Origin: Eledone cirrhosa
Taxonomy: Eukaryota
Reading direction: 5' to 3'
Length of the DNA: 64,000 bases
NCBI GenBank assembly: GCA_964016885.1
Contig: OZ024746.1
Span: 46,500,001-46,564,000, forward strand
Shown here: piece by piece, positions 51,773 through 64,000 of the stretch
Layout: each line of letters begins with the position of its first letter
Numbering within the stretch: position 1 is the stretch's first letter
Position numbers and translations under genes: made by a program
The notes under the pieces: generated by a model
The model's database searches: none
What the model saw: the letters and a program-made list of their open reading frames with translations, nothing else
Told to the model about the DNA's origin: nothing

Positions 51773-52634
51773 AAATGATAACACTCTTCAACATATCTCT
51801 ACAAGTAAAACCTGCCATTATTACCATTGTCATAAATATTATAATCTTTTCGAACTTGCATTGTCGTTTTAGTTGACTATTTCTTTGAAATACCCATCCT
51901 CAAATTCCTGCTATCAATTTTAGATATTTCTTTCAATTTTCCATTTACCATTACAATGCTCTTTAATTTATTTTGGCATGCATTGAAAAACTCTCAAACT
52001 TAAAAGGAAAATAAATAAATATATAAACGCTCCATCAACACATTCTCTGGCTGCAAAAGACATTCAGTGAAATTATTTTATTTTACTCTATTTCTAGATA
52101 TCAAGCCATAAAAAAAATAATAATTCAAACATATTTAGCTACTAATAGAAAGTAATGCCTGTTGAATTAGTTCTCATGGTGAGAAGTAATTAGGAAAACG
52201 TTTTTTAAGTGAAGTTTCAAAATTGTTTGTGTTATCACTGCACCTGCTGATGTCTGAGTAAAAATCAAACTGCTCTTTTTGTTGTATAGAAAACTAAATA
52301 GACTGAGAATATGTTGTATATATTCATGTCTAAATTACACCTTTTACCACAAAAAATGCCATAAAATGTCACATCCAACATACTATTTGAACCTACATAC
52401 CAAACATACAAGTCAAGTACTGACCACAGAATATTGTATGTAAAATGGAGACAGCATATCTACTGATGTTAGACAAGAATATATATGGTATTTAATTAGA
52501 GAACTTATCATACTTAATTATTTGTCTTAACACTATGATTATAGGAATTAATAAGGGCTTTGATATATTGTGTATGAGTTACATTTTTTTAACTATAAAT
52601 TTTGGAACACATGGAACACATTGGTACACATTTT

Positions 52635-52973
52635 GGAAGCACATGGCTTAGTGGTTAGAGCATTGGTCTTGCAATCGAAAGGTTGTGAGTTCAATTCTCA
52701 GACTGGGTGATGTGTTGTTTCCTTGAGCAAGACACTTTATTTCACATTGCTCCAGTTTACTCAGCTGTAGAAATGAGATGATAGGGACTGGAGTCCCTAT
52801 CATTCCACTGCAAAGTGGTCGTGGAGGTGCCATGGCAAAAAAGCACCCAGCACTCACTGTAAATGAGGTTGGTGTTAGGAAGGGCATCCGGCTGTAGAAA
52901 TCAAGCCAGAATCAGTTCCCGTCCCACCCTTGCAAGCAGGGTAAAGCGGACGTAAAATGAAATGATGATGATG
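52635..52973 (+). mobile_element. tRNA-CORE SINE with RTE-derived 3' tail
   Basis: A-box tggcttagtgg, B-box gagttcaattc, CORE-like ccttgagcaagacactt. The 3' half matches the LINE UTR at 26526-26677. (GAT)n tail. Confidence 0.94.
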
Positions 52974-53459
52974 AAATTTGCATGTAATTTATCTACCAAA
53001 TCTTGTTCTTAGCTTGGAATTCACAGCACTCACTAGTTCAATCACATACACACATGTGCGCACAGAGGCACATATGCACACACGCACACGATTAAGTGTG
53101 TAGGGAAGGTTTGTCATGTTAATATTCAATCTATATGAATATTGTTATTTTAAACAATTATTGTGTCATTAAAAGTGTTTTCTATGTGTGGAAAATGTAG
53201 TTTATGTTTATTAGCCATCAATTAGGAGTGGTGATTTAAACGAATCATTTAATCTGTTTATTTCAGGTATAAATAAACATTACTATTATATCTAACTTTG
53301 CTAGGTTGTCCTGGTAATAATTGTGATTATTCTAATTAAATGTTTTCATTTTATTTAAACAAAACCACAAGCAAAATTGCTAATATTATTTACGAAAAGA
53401 AACATGTAACATATATGGGTCTACCTGTTTGACTTATATACAAGCATGGATTTGTTCCA

Positions 53460-53800
53460 GGTGGATCCCTCATTTGATATGCCACATGTTGTGACACGTT
53501 CTTTGCCTCTAACTTAGTCGCTTCAGCTTCAAACCCTGGTACTGCTACCCACAATGCAGAGGAAAGGAAAATAAACAAATACTGAGGATTGTCTGGCCAC
53601 TTCCTCTTCACACATGTTGCCGTCGACACCTCAGGTGAAAATTGGACCCTGTACTGCTGAGCTCCTCTACAAGATTGGAATGTTGGCGGCCCATTTGAAG
53701 AAGGAGCCCTGTGAGGTGGGGTGGCTGTTACACCATGTGTTGCTGGTCATTGTCCGCAGGAATGCTTTTGCAGTCTTCTCCCCATTCTTTTGTGACACTA
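53460..53800 (+). mobile_element. CRE-like non-LTR retrotransposon relic (restriction-like endonuclease C-terminus)
   Basis: GGSLI*YATCCDT..AEERKINKY*GLSGHFLFTHVAVDTSG/IGP..LLYKIG..EP..WLLHHVLLVIVRRNA matches the CRE pattern LxWDxT..E.RK..KY..F.P.AVET.G..G..QR.S...QRGNA. Confidence 0.8.
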
Positions 53801-54208
53801 GAGCCCTTGTGTTTCCCTTCCTTTTCCATTTTCATAACCACAAAAGACAATTGAATATTCAATATAACTACTTTGTGTAGTGAGTACTGTTTTTGGTTGT
53901 ACCTTGTGATATTTTTCTAACAAATTATCTTTGTTGCTTAACATATAGTTAGCCATGTCTCATCAGACCTATCGTCAAAGATGCTGCACTCGTGGCCATT
54001 ACATATTTTCAGTTATAATCTATCTAAAGTTTGCATTTTTGAGGGAGATTTAGCTGTTATTTCTAGCATATCAAACAATGGTGCAGGGGATTCTCTCTTG
54101 TCCATGATGATGATGGTATTGTTGTGGTTGTTGGTTTTGTTGTTATTTAAGCTTAAGTTAGCCCTGACTAAGCAGACTTAGTCATGGGCATCATAACCAT
54201 TTCAGAAA

Positions 54209-54391
54209 TAATTGTTTCTACTTTAGGCACAAGGCCAGCAATTACCCAGTGCATTACTGGTTCTTTATTTTATTGACCCCGTAAGGATGAAAGGCAAAGT
54301 CAACCTCGGCGGGATTTGAACTCGGATCGTAAAGGGACGTAACTATGCTGGAAAGCATGGCGTCCGACTCTCTACCGATACTGCCAATTCA
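54209..54391 (-). mobile_element. OK-type SINE with TSD
   Basis: TSD cagaaataat at 54203-54212 and 54392-54401. Confidence 0.94.
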
Positions 54392-55159
54392 CAGAAATAA
54401 TGCACCTTAGACTATATTATCCAATTTTCCCTTTCCTTGTAAAAGTTGAAAAAGAATCTGGCTACTATTTACTGCAGGTCGATTGACTGCATAGAAGCTC
54501 CAAAACTGATTCATTTATTCATTCTTTCTCTTACACATATAAAACGAAATTACACTTGTGTGTGTATATGAGAAGAAGAAAATATGCTTGTGTGAGTATT
54601 TGTGACCATGGATGTTTAAAAATCTGCTAACTTTATGTTTATAGCAACTGATTTGCCTGAAATATTGAATATTTCTTGTTTTTGATATATGTATTTGTAT
54701 AAGGTTTTATGTTATTAACGATGTTTGATGCAGTGGTTTCATTTTGGAGGTTGTTGATACTGCGTCTTGTTTTCTAAACTGCTTTCTATTGGTTTTCTCA
54801 TGTATATTGAATATGATATATTGCCAGTTATATTACTTTTCAATAGTCATTTTATTTTTATTTATTGTTTTTCTTTTTCTTTTAGCTTTCATATTAAAGC
54901 CTTAGATGTTTTATTAATTTCTGTTGCATTTGATGTTCGAATTGTGCATTTACACTTGTACTTAGCTTTCATTCATTTATCTCATACGGTTGTTTATTTG
55001 GGGTTATTCAGTTTATATCCCTTGGAATGTTTTTCTTAGATGTAAATGGATACTGCACTATTGAGGCAAATGGTATGAGGTTAATAACCTTTTTACATTA
55101 TCTTTTCAAAAGTTGCTTGATTTGTTTATGAGAGTTTATTTCATGTTTGATTTTCTTTC

Positions 55160-55195
<36 letters not shown>

Positions 55196-55281
55196 GATAG
55201 ACAAGTGTCCTCTATTATAGCCTCAGGCTGATCAATTCAATGGGAGCAAATTTGGAAAAACAAAATCTGTACAAAGCCCAT

Positions 55282-55420
<139 letters not shown>

Positions 55421-55430
55421 ATATATATGT

Positions 55431-55680
55431 GAAGGCGCATGGCTTAGTGGTTAGCCATTGGGCTTGCAATTGTGAGTTCAATTCTTGGACTGGGTGATGT
55501 GTTGTTTCCTTGAGCAAGACACTTTATTTCACATTGCTCCAGTTTACTCAGCTGTAGAAATGAATACTGGCCTGCCTGCCCAGCCAGTGGGATGGCGTTA
55601 TCTTATGGCTAAAACAGCACGACGTGCTGTGACCAGCGGCACCGATTGCCGCCCGACAGACTGGTCGGTCAAGGTGATAT
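55431..55680 (+). mobile_element. tRNA-CORE SINE with an alternative GC-rich tail ending in (TA)n
   Basis: 55431-55563 matches the 52635 head and CORE. The sequence after gctgtagaaatga is unrelated to the RTE tail. Confidence 0.85.
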
Positions 55681-55697
55681 ATATATATATATATATA

Positions 55698-56321
55698 TGA
55701 AAAAATGGGGAGAAGAATACTGCAGGTTGCACATGGATAACATGTAATAAAATAAATCCCTCATCAGTGATTTGACGATCATAGATATTTCATTGCATTA
55801 AAAATCATATACCTCACGTCGGTGCAATAATAACTAAATTAAGTTATTAGGACAATTAAAACGCGTAAAGCGAGTGAGACAAGATAACAACAAAGAGGAG
55901 AGCTAACCGTAGAAGGAAGGGAACAAGCTTCATAGTTATTCTGTTAGCATAAGCTAGGTGAATATATGAGCGCTTAGAAAAAAGACCTTTCGGGAACGAA
56001 TTCAAATGTGAGAAAGAGAGAAAATGTTTTCGTCGCGAACGGGGTGAAGTGAGAAGAGGAGAAACAGTGAGTGAGTGAGTGGAAGTGTGAGGAAGAGTTA
56101 ACTGACATGACAGAGGGGGCGAAAGAAAGTAGGAGAAACAAAGAGAACGAGGGAGCAGTAAGAGAGAGAGAGAGAAAAAACAGAATCGCAGTTTAGGTAA
56201 ATATATGTGAAAAAATGGGGAGAAGAATACTGCAGGTTGCACATGGATAACATGTAATAAAATAAGTCCCTCATCAGTGATTTGCCGACGATCATAGATA
56301 TTTCATTGCATTAAAAATCAT
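55698..56321. mobile_element. Non-coding element bounded by ~112-bp direct repeats (Penelope pLTR-like partial tandem)
   Basis: Near-identical repeats at 55698-55808 and 56208-56321, purine-rich interior, (TA)n flanks, minus-strand CTGATGA in each repeat. Confidence 0.55.
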
Positions 56322-56668
56322 TATAAGGAGTGTATATGAAAACATATATAAATATATACTATATATGTTTATATATATATATAAGGAGTGTATATGAAAA
56401 CATATATAAATATATACTCTATATGTTTACAAACATATGGGTTGCCTTGACATCGATGAAAAAGATTTCTTCATAACGAAAACATTTATTTTTCTATATT
56501 TTCCTCTGTAAATATATCACTGAGTTGCCAGTACATTTGTGAATGTCAGGCAGCACTGTTTCAAGATTTGGTAATCTTTCATCAGTGATGCACACTCAAC
56601 CCATACTGGCATGGAAACAGACTAAATTATTTATAGGAATTTGTGTGAGGAACACTTGCTGGAGATGA

Positions 56669-56814
56669 TCATTTGCACACAGTAAATGAAAAACATCTGC
56701 TGGAAATATTCATTTACATATAGTGCGAGCTTGCCTTAGTTAGTTATGCAAAGCTCGCACTATATGCAAATGAATATTTCCAGCAGATGTTTTTCATTTA
56801 CTGTGTACAAATGA
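56669..56814. repeat. 64-bp inverted repeat with 18-nt loop
   Basis: Arms at 56669-56732 and 56751-56814, two mismatches. Confidence 0.96.
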
Positions 56815-59179
56815 AAAAATGCAAAACAAAAAATGCAAAACAAAAAAAAACATGAATATTGATATTAGGAATGGGATATTGCTATAAAAATCTGCCTGAA
56901 AAAGCTTTTTTCTAACCCATTGTAGCATGAAAGAATAGACATAAAACTAATGATACTAATGATGATATATAGATGAAACCCTTAAGGTAGTAGCTAAATG
57001 CCTTAGAATATATAATTGCATCCTTCTATATACTGAATTCAAATCCTGCTAGAGTCAACTTTGCTTTCTATTTGATAGGTTTGATAAAACAAGTGCAAGT
57101 GCTGTTCTAATTATACCCCCCAGTTTATATATTTTTGTACATCTTTAAAATAAATATTCTATTCTATTTGTTTACACTATATTTTCTTTAGTTATTGCTA
57201 TATCAGTGTTAATTTATAAAACCAATGATAGACAACTAAATATATATAACTTCATATTTGAAACCAAAATCAAACTTAGGCAGTAGAAAGCTTATACTTT
57301 GTATAATAGGAGGAGGAAACTCTGGAATGTTGTTTGAGAAAATGATTAAAATGTTATTTCTCCTATTTTCTCTATGAAAATTATAGTATTTTAATTTTAT
57401 TTTATTTTAATTTAATTTTACTTCAATTTCAATTCAGAACATCTATAATTTATAGTTTGAAGTTAAGATATTTCATAAAACATTTGTACATTGTATCACT
57501 ATTCTGAATTCGCATCATTATCAAATTTGACATTCGTCTCACCAAGGATGTTGCAGCCATGTTACTTCTATACAAACCTTGGCTGAGACCCAAGTCCAAA
57601 GAAATCTTCTCTGGCTGCCATACGATTAAGCAGATAAGAGAGGACAAATCTATTCATGATAAAAGGATAGAGTATCATAGCTTTAGCATCCAAATGGACT
57701 GGTATTATTTTTCCCCTGAGTGATAGACTTAATTACTTTGACCATGAACACAATACTGTAATAAATCTCCATGATATTGTTCATTTAGCTTTCTAGATCT
57801 GGCTATACCCACTTAATGTTTTGGCATTAGATAACATTGTTTGATTCATGCCAACATATATAGACATTAATATGAAGATAATGATGTTTACTTGAGGAAA
57901 AAATTTGGCTGTTTTCTTACCAAGTTGAGTGACTTTCGTTTTAGGCACTCCTTGTAATAAGAGAGTGATTAATAATAGATGCTTACTTAGAGACAGACTG
58001 AATTGCAGAAAGATATTCCTGATTGGATGAGTTGTTCAAAACATTTACTTCCATAGCTCTATAAAATAAATAAATGATTAACTACCACCATACTGCAGTG
58101 GTTTCCAAACTTTTTCTATTCACAGCATAGTTTAGAGCAATAAAAATATTTTGGTATATTCTTAGCATACCATTAAAATATATATTTTCAAAATGTCTCT
58201 ATATATTTTACCCTAGAAATATAAGTAAGTTAAACTACAAAAAATCATTAAGGGATTAGTTGTTTATTCAATACTTGAAGCATAACTATCAATACATTAA
58301 ATTCAAAATTTCAGTTTGTATTTTCCACATATTTTTAATATAATTCTTAATTTTTTCAGTGCACTTAGCTACATCATATGGCACTCTGGTGTGTTACAGA
58401 AGGGCTATATATAAACAAATGCTATATTCTCTTAATAAAAGGATACATTGGATAGCACAGTTCCAAAAAAATGACAAGTTATGGAATACTTTTCACTATA
58501 GGTCTCCTTGATCAACGCTCATAATGAGGTGGTGCACCAAAACAACAAATTAAAATTATTAGGTGACCTAGTTATATATTATAAAAGTAATATCACACAG
58601 CGATGTTACAGGAATGTAAAGTGCAGTTGATAAGCAGAATTGTTATAGAGCTGGATAAAATAATTTGTGATATTTGTTCCCACCCTTTACAATATCCCAC
58701 TTCTGATAAAAATAAATATCCTGTACAGGATTGGAAACTAATGGAATTGTTAGAATGATGAACAAAATGTTTTGCAATATTTGTTCTGGCTTATATTCTG
58801 AAGTGCAAAGTTGTATTGCCCCTTGTTTTTCTCTTGAACAACAATGATAGTAAGGTACAGTTGATAATATAAAAATAATATTTTATCTAGATCTGTACTC
58901 TTGAAATGAATTTTTCATGTACAGATACTGCTTGGTCAAGGCTAACCAAGGCCTTTGAATATATCACATACAAAGTATTATAATATGTGGACTATGAACA
59001 CGATCATCATATGCCTTGATTTATTGACATTATCTGTGCAGTAGTATATTGGCATTTACCAAAAAGCACTTTTACAAGCTATAGAACCACATAACATTTG
59101 TGTTTATTTATGAGGTCTGTAGAGTCAATCTTCTGTATAAGATGTTTTTTTATCATTTTATTAATATATGACAAGTCTA

Positions 59180-59380
59180 AGATGGAAGATTGGCAGAATT
59201 GTAAGAACATTGAACAAAATACTCTCTGGTATTTTACATTTAAAGTTCAAATCCTGCCAAGACCAACTTGGACATACTTACAGGGATGACAAAATAAGTA
59301 CCCTTAAGTACTAGAGTGTGTATAACTATTCTCTATTCACAGGGAACTGGCCTTGTACATATGTTAAAAATAGGTATTCT
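59180..59380 (+). mobile_element. Degenerate OK-related SINE
   Basis: gattggcagaattg..aagttcaaatcctgccaag..aaaataagtac..ggccttgtac. Similar relics near 37985 (-), 43400 (-), 56985 and 58630. Confidence 0.6.
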
Positions 59381-62222
59381 AATTCACTATATCTAATTCC
59401 CTATTGATACAAATTACTTATAACTATCCCTTTTTATAACAAACTGCTTGAATCCACCACTGGTTCTAAGATATAAACCAATGTTTTTCATTATAAATAT
59501 GGTGACAATGTCTATAATTTTCAAATAATTTTGAAAATAATTGAGAATTTAGAGAGATTTAACTTTCTTATTATTAAGCTGGTATCTGGAAAATACTATT
59601 AAAAAAGGTTTTTGCATAATATTATCAAGATAGGTTTTTAGACACATATAACCACTTTAAAAATATATTGTTTTATATCTTATAATCAGGATGGACACAG
59701 GCAGTTTTGTATAATAAAGGTTAAAGAAAAGATGGACATATATATTTAATGTCATATGATTGTAAGAAATAATGAATTTTTAGGGAAGCTTACAACCAAT
59801 TGTATCAACTTTAAAACATTACAATTACTGATTTTATCTTAGAGGTATAACAAATAAGGATGCAATTTGAAACTGGAATATAATAAAATATAACTAGTTA
59901 TTTCATTAGAAATATGGTAAAAAAAGTGTTAATTATCTCCCTGTCTAACATAAATCTTCTCTCCCATCTTAATATCTACTACAAATTTGTCTCCCCTTTT
60001 CTCTTCTTCAGAATATTTATCAAGTATATTCTTTCACACATTCAAAATTCAATAAACATTTAGCACAGATTCCTCAATCAACATCTAACACCAACTGTTA
60101 TAAATTTCTGTCACTCTTTATATATCAAGTGTATAATTTCTCACACTTTCTATTCTTCTTCTCAATCATTCACTCTCTATCCATCAATAAGTCTCTCTCT
60201 TTCTCACTCACTCTCACAGGTTTTTCTTTCACCCAACCACAATTTCATATTCCACCATTCAAGCTATAGGATATATTGAGTTCTATTTTTTCTTTATTTC
60301 ATTTTATGGCTATTTCATTTTAATTCTATCTTTCTAACTCCTCTTTTCTAATTACCCTCTTCACATTCCCTATTTATGTATTTTCCAATATCTCATTGGA
60401 ACATAATCTTCTATAAACTCTACTAATAGAAATAACAACAGCTGTGACAAAATGAAGAATTCCTGTTGAGGATTCCTTTTAAGGTTCCTCATTGATTAGT
60501 GAGACAAACCAATCAGGATGGGAAAATATGGTTGATATTTCTGAGTACAACATTCATTTAAACAGCGTGTGTGTGTGTGTGTGTGTGTGTGTATGTATAT
60601 ATACCAGAGTTTTGTATATATGTGTCAGTGGCAGTAAGTGTTTGTATGTGAGAGGTATTCTATTAATCACTACAAGACAAAATGAATATTGTAAACAAAG
60701 CCTAGAAAACATGGTGTGGGAAGTAGAATGGAAGTATGAGTCAACAAAAGCAATTTAAGTTGATATTATATGTAATAGTTGTAAAGGCAATATTACAAAA
60801 ACGTGCAAAACCTATTTCTTTTCCTTTCATTTTTCCTTTGTTTCACTCATGAAAGTTTTGAGCTATTAGAGGCATAATTCCTTTCCCTTGTCAAGTGAAA
60901 TTCTACCTTTACTTGTCATAGATTAATTGCTATACGTTGCTGTTTTATCTCATCTCCTACTCCATAGGACAGTGCTTTGACTTTTGTCAGATGCTGTGAC
61001 CTCAGGTGGACTAGCAGTACATGATTTACTTACAGGTATTACAATAAAAAATAATTTAAATTTTAGGAGAGCAGACCTCTCTCAAAATAGTAAGTCTATG
61101 CCAACTTTCTGTTCTTATTTCTTTATTGGAATAAGTAAATGTGAGAAATGTTAATCAATGCAGTTACAGGTCATTAGCCTGGGATAGTTGTCATAGTAAT
61201 ATGGTGCTAACCAATGAAATGAACAATTTGGTCTGCATTTCTAAGTGTAGATGCTTCATTTTTATTATAGGAAATATGACCTGCAATTGTAATACTTATT
61301 TTAGAGATCATAAAGAAAAATTTTGTTACAACACTAAATATATTAATCACCCATGAAGATACTCTTATACTATCTTATACAACCATGCCTTTTTTTCTTA
61401 TAGAGAAGACACTGTTGCTATTTTCTAGTCAAGAATTCTCTTTCCTAATATCATATCTTTGCTTCAGCAGTTCTCTTTTAATACAGTTTTATCGGTTAGA
61501 AGTTGTTCCGACTGGTTACTCATATTACACATTGATTCAGGGAAAACGGATGTTAAACGATCATGTTGATGATGATGTGAAAAAGCTATTTCAGGTAATT
61601 TCAGACTTAATCTAGAACTCGGTATGAAATTAGACAATGATAGTTGGTGAACTGTCTGTTTGTCTATAAAGATATTTCCATGTAGCTGAAAACCAGTTTT
61701 GTGTACTTGTATCTTTATACATTGCTATTAAATAAGTAATATAATTACATTTCATCACAAACCATTGATATGCACACATACACACCCATGCACATACACA
61801 CGCACACATATATATATATATGTTTATTCTTTTACCTTATAACAGTCTTAGCTTATGTTTGAGACAATTTTGAGTTTAATGGAAATAAGATTACTTATTT
61901 AGTTAATGCATTATTTAAAAGAAATGTTTAGTTATAATATATTGAATCTCAGTTGTTTTCATTTATATTATATATTTTAATTAACATTTTTACAGAAAGT
62001 CAATTAACTTTTATACATTTATGAAGCGATGAAATTTTCACACATGAAACTATGTACATATAAATATACTGAAGAATTCACATATATTCTCTCTCCCTCA
62101 TATATATATATATATATAGGAACGAGTAGGTCCTACTCATTCCTATTACCCACTCTACTACCCTAAGTATTGAGTACTTTGGTGCGTTATGGTCGACCTG
62201 GTTCCTTACCACATTTCCTTTG

Positions 62223-62256
<34 letters not shown>

Positions 62257-62317
62257 GTATATATCATCATCATCGTTTTTACATCCATTTTTCCATCTAA
62301 AACAACAATGGCGATGA

Positions 62318-62318
<1 letters not shown>

Positions 62319-62400
<82 letters not shown>
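62319..62400. repeat. (TA)n microsatellite
   Basis: Directly visible. Other long (TA)n runs at ~2152, ~23430 and ~37665. Confidence 0.97.
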
Positions 62401-62402
<2 letters not shown>

Positions 62403-63728
62403 CAATATTAAATAAATGGAAACTATATTTATAAAACCATATTTATTTCATTATATATATTTCAGGGATATCATATTAACAATATGCTATGCCTTCCTCA
62501 GACAAAATACAATATAAACAGTTTTATAGATAAATAGATTCGACATACCGTAACATCTACTTGCATTTGGACAATAGCATGTACATCAGGGTGTTTGCTT
62601 AGGATGATTATAGGATATAATGAGTTAGATAATTTCACATGCTGTTTTTATTTTTGCCTAGCCTCAGTTCAGCCCCAGTTAAGCAGAGCTATAACCTAAA
62701 ATATTGCAGCCATAACCACATCAATTTCTTTATTAGTATTTAGTATTTCATTATCAAGTATGAGCTGGGAGTAATTTGGCTGCTATTTCACATAGGGAAC
62801 CACCCTAATTAACTAATTAATTTGATATAGTACAATGCAAAATATTAAATCTGATTCTAGTGGAGCTACAGGATAAATGAAAATATTTCACTCAGGGATA
62901 CAACAAAATGGTTAAAATTTCACTCTCTATATTTCTAATACAAACTCATTCACACATTTTAAAATTTACACTTATGAATATTTGTCTTTTAAATGTTCAC
63001 ACATTTCCTTATGCTGTTTGAAATTAAGACATACCACAAAAGATTGTACAAATAATTTGATCTCTAATTTCTTCCTAGTGCCAAATATTGAATTGCTAAT
63101 TGATAGTTATGTTCAACTTTGTTGATGGACGTAATTAGAGCAAGGTATCAGATTTCAGAACAAATTTTAAATGAAAGTGAAACTGATTGAATCAATGAAC
63201 ACGTTAGCTTATGTTAAAACTACAATAGTTGTATGGTTATGGAACAGAAATATGTCATAGAATCCGAAGACAAATATAAATTAGATTATGTTACATTGTC
63301 AGAAATAAAACCTATTTTCAGTTGAGATTTTACAGATGTGTTAACAAGGACATTCATTTAGACAACCTATGCATGTTCCAACACTTCATGAAAATGCTTG
63401 AAACTACAGAATCAATTATTTCATGCCAATATTCATAAACTACAACAAAACATTCAGATAATATTATATGCACATGAACAAACGCTATCGATTCTTTAGT
63501 GGTGTGTCCATAAATGCATTCATAGACGGGGACACACACACACATGTATGTATGCATATATTATATCATTTTATCTATTAATGTTCAGATACGGAATAAA
63601 AGTGCAATCTAAGGTTTCGAAGCCCAATAGTGACCATATTCGGATTGTAAGAGGGATGAAAATTGTGACCTAATCTTCAGACGCTCAGACGAGCTTGAAG
63701 ATACCATTAAAAGTATTATATCAAAGGG

Positions 63729-63854
<126 letters not shown>

Positions 63855-64000
63855 GAAAATATAAAATATATAAGTATAAATATCCATAAAATAAATGTCG
63901 TACATGTATAGAAAATATTTCTTACAGATGTATACATATATGTATGTGTGTATATTGTTTTCACCATGATGTGCTGTATACCACTTATGTCTCTACTAGT

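Noticed and set aside
52635-52710. tRNA-like sequences with A and B boxes
   Set aside because: These are SINE heads fused to CORE or OK bodies. No proper cloverleaf, so no tRNA gene is called
60991-61035. Possible 45-nt plus-strand microexon (AVTSGGLAVHDLLT)
   Set aside because: Weak donor (gtatta), no partner exons, peptide not recognised
63625-63690. Minus-strand CTGAAGA...CGAAAC hammerhead-like words
   Set aside because: No pairing stem II or NUH triplet could be built. At most a decayed Penelope-like end

Overview
AT-rich, microsatellite-dense animal genomic DNA. Its tRNA-derived SINEs resemble the octopus OK and OR/CORE families from recall, so an octopod cephalopod is inferred but not proven. 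I found no intact host protein-coding gene, so the window looks intronic or intergenic. Every recognisable coding stretch is a disrupted non-LTR retrotransposon: several RTE-clade LINEs (one family with a C4HC3 PHD-like finger inside the RT), an L1/Tx1-like fragment split by a nested RTE, and R4/Dong-like and CRE-like restriction-like-endonuclease relics. There are also possible Penelope-like remnants, about 20 OK-type SINE copies or fragments, CORE-type SINEs with different tails, and TTAA/CCC piggyBac-type MITEs. The top observation is a non-coding ~430-bp unit in tandem dimer (29009-29834). Each copy carries an essentially complete type I hammerhead ribozyme (CUGACGA core, GAAAC, palindromic ACUAGU stem III, GUA site, bulged stem I) with an ATGCAAAT octamer upstream. 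This is the architecture of a retrozyme-like self-cleaving, possibly circRNA-producing element, with a predicted 432-nt monomer. A decayed hammerhead lies at 2398-2442. Other signals are many fold-back palindromes, an ATTAT target preference with same-site re-insertion of SINEs, and a LINE/SINE shared 3' end. All calls are by eye, with no searches run, and boundaries of degenerate elements are approximate.
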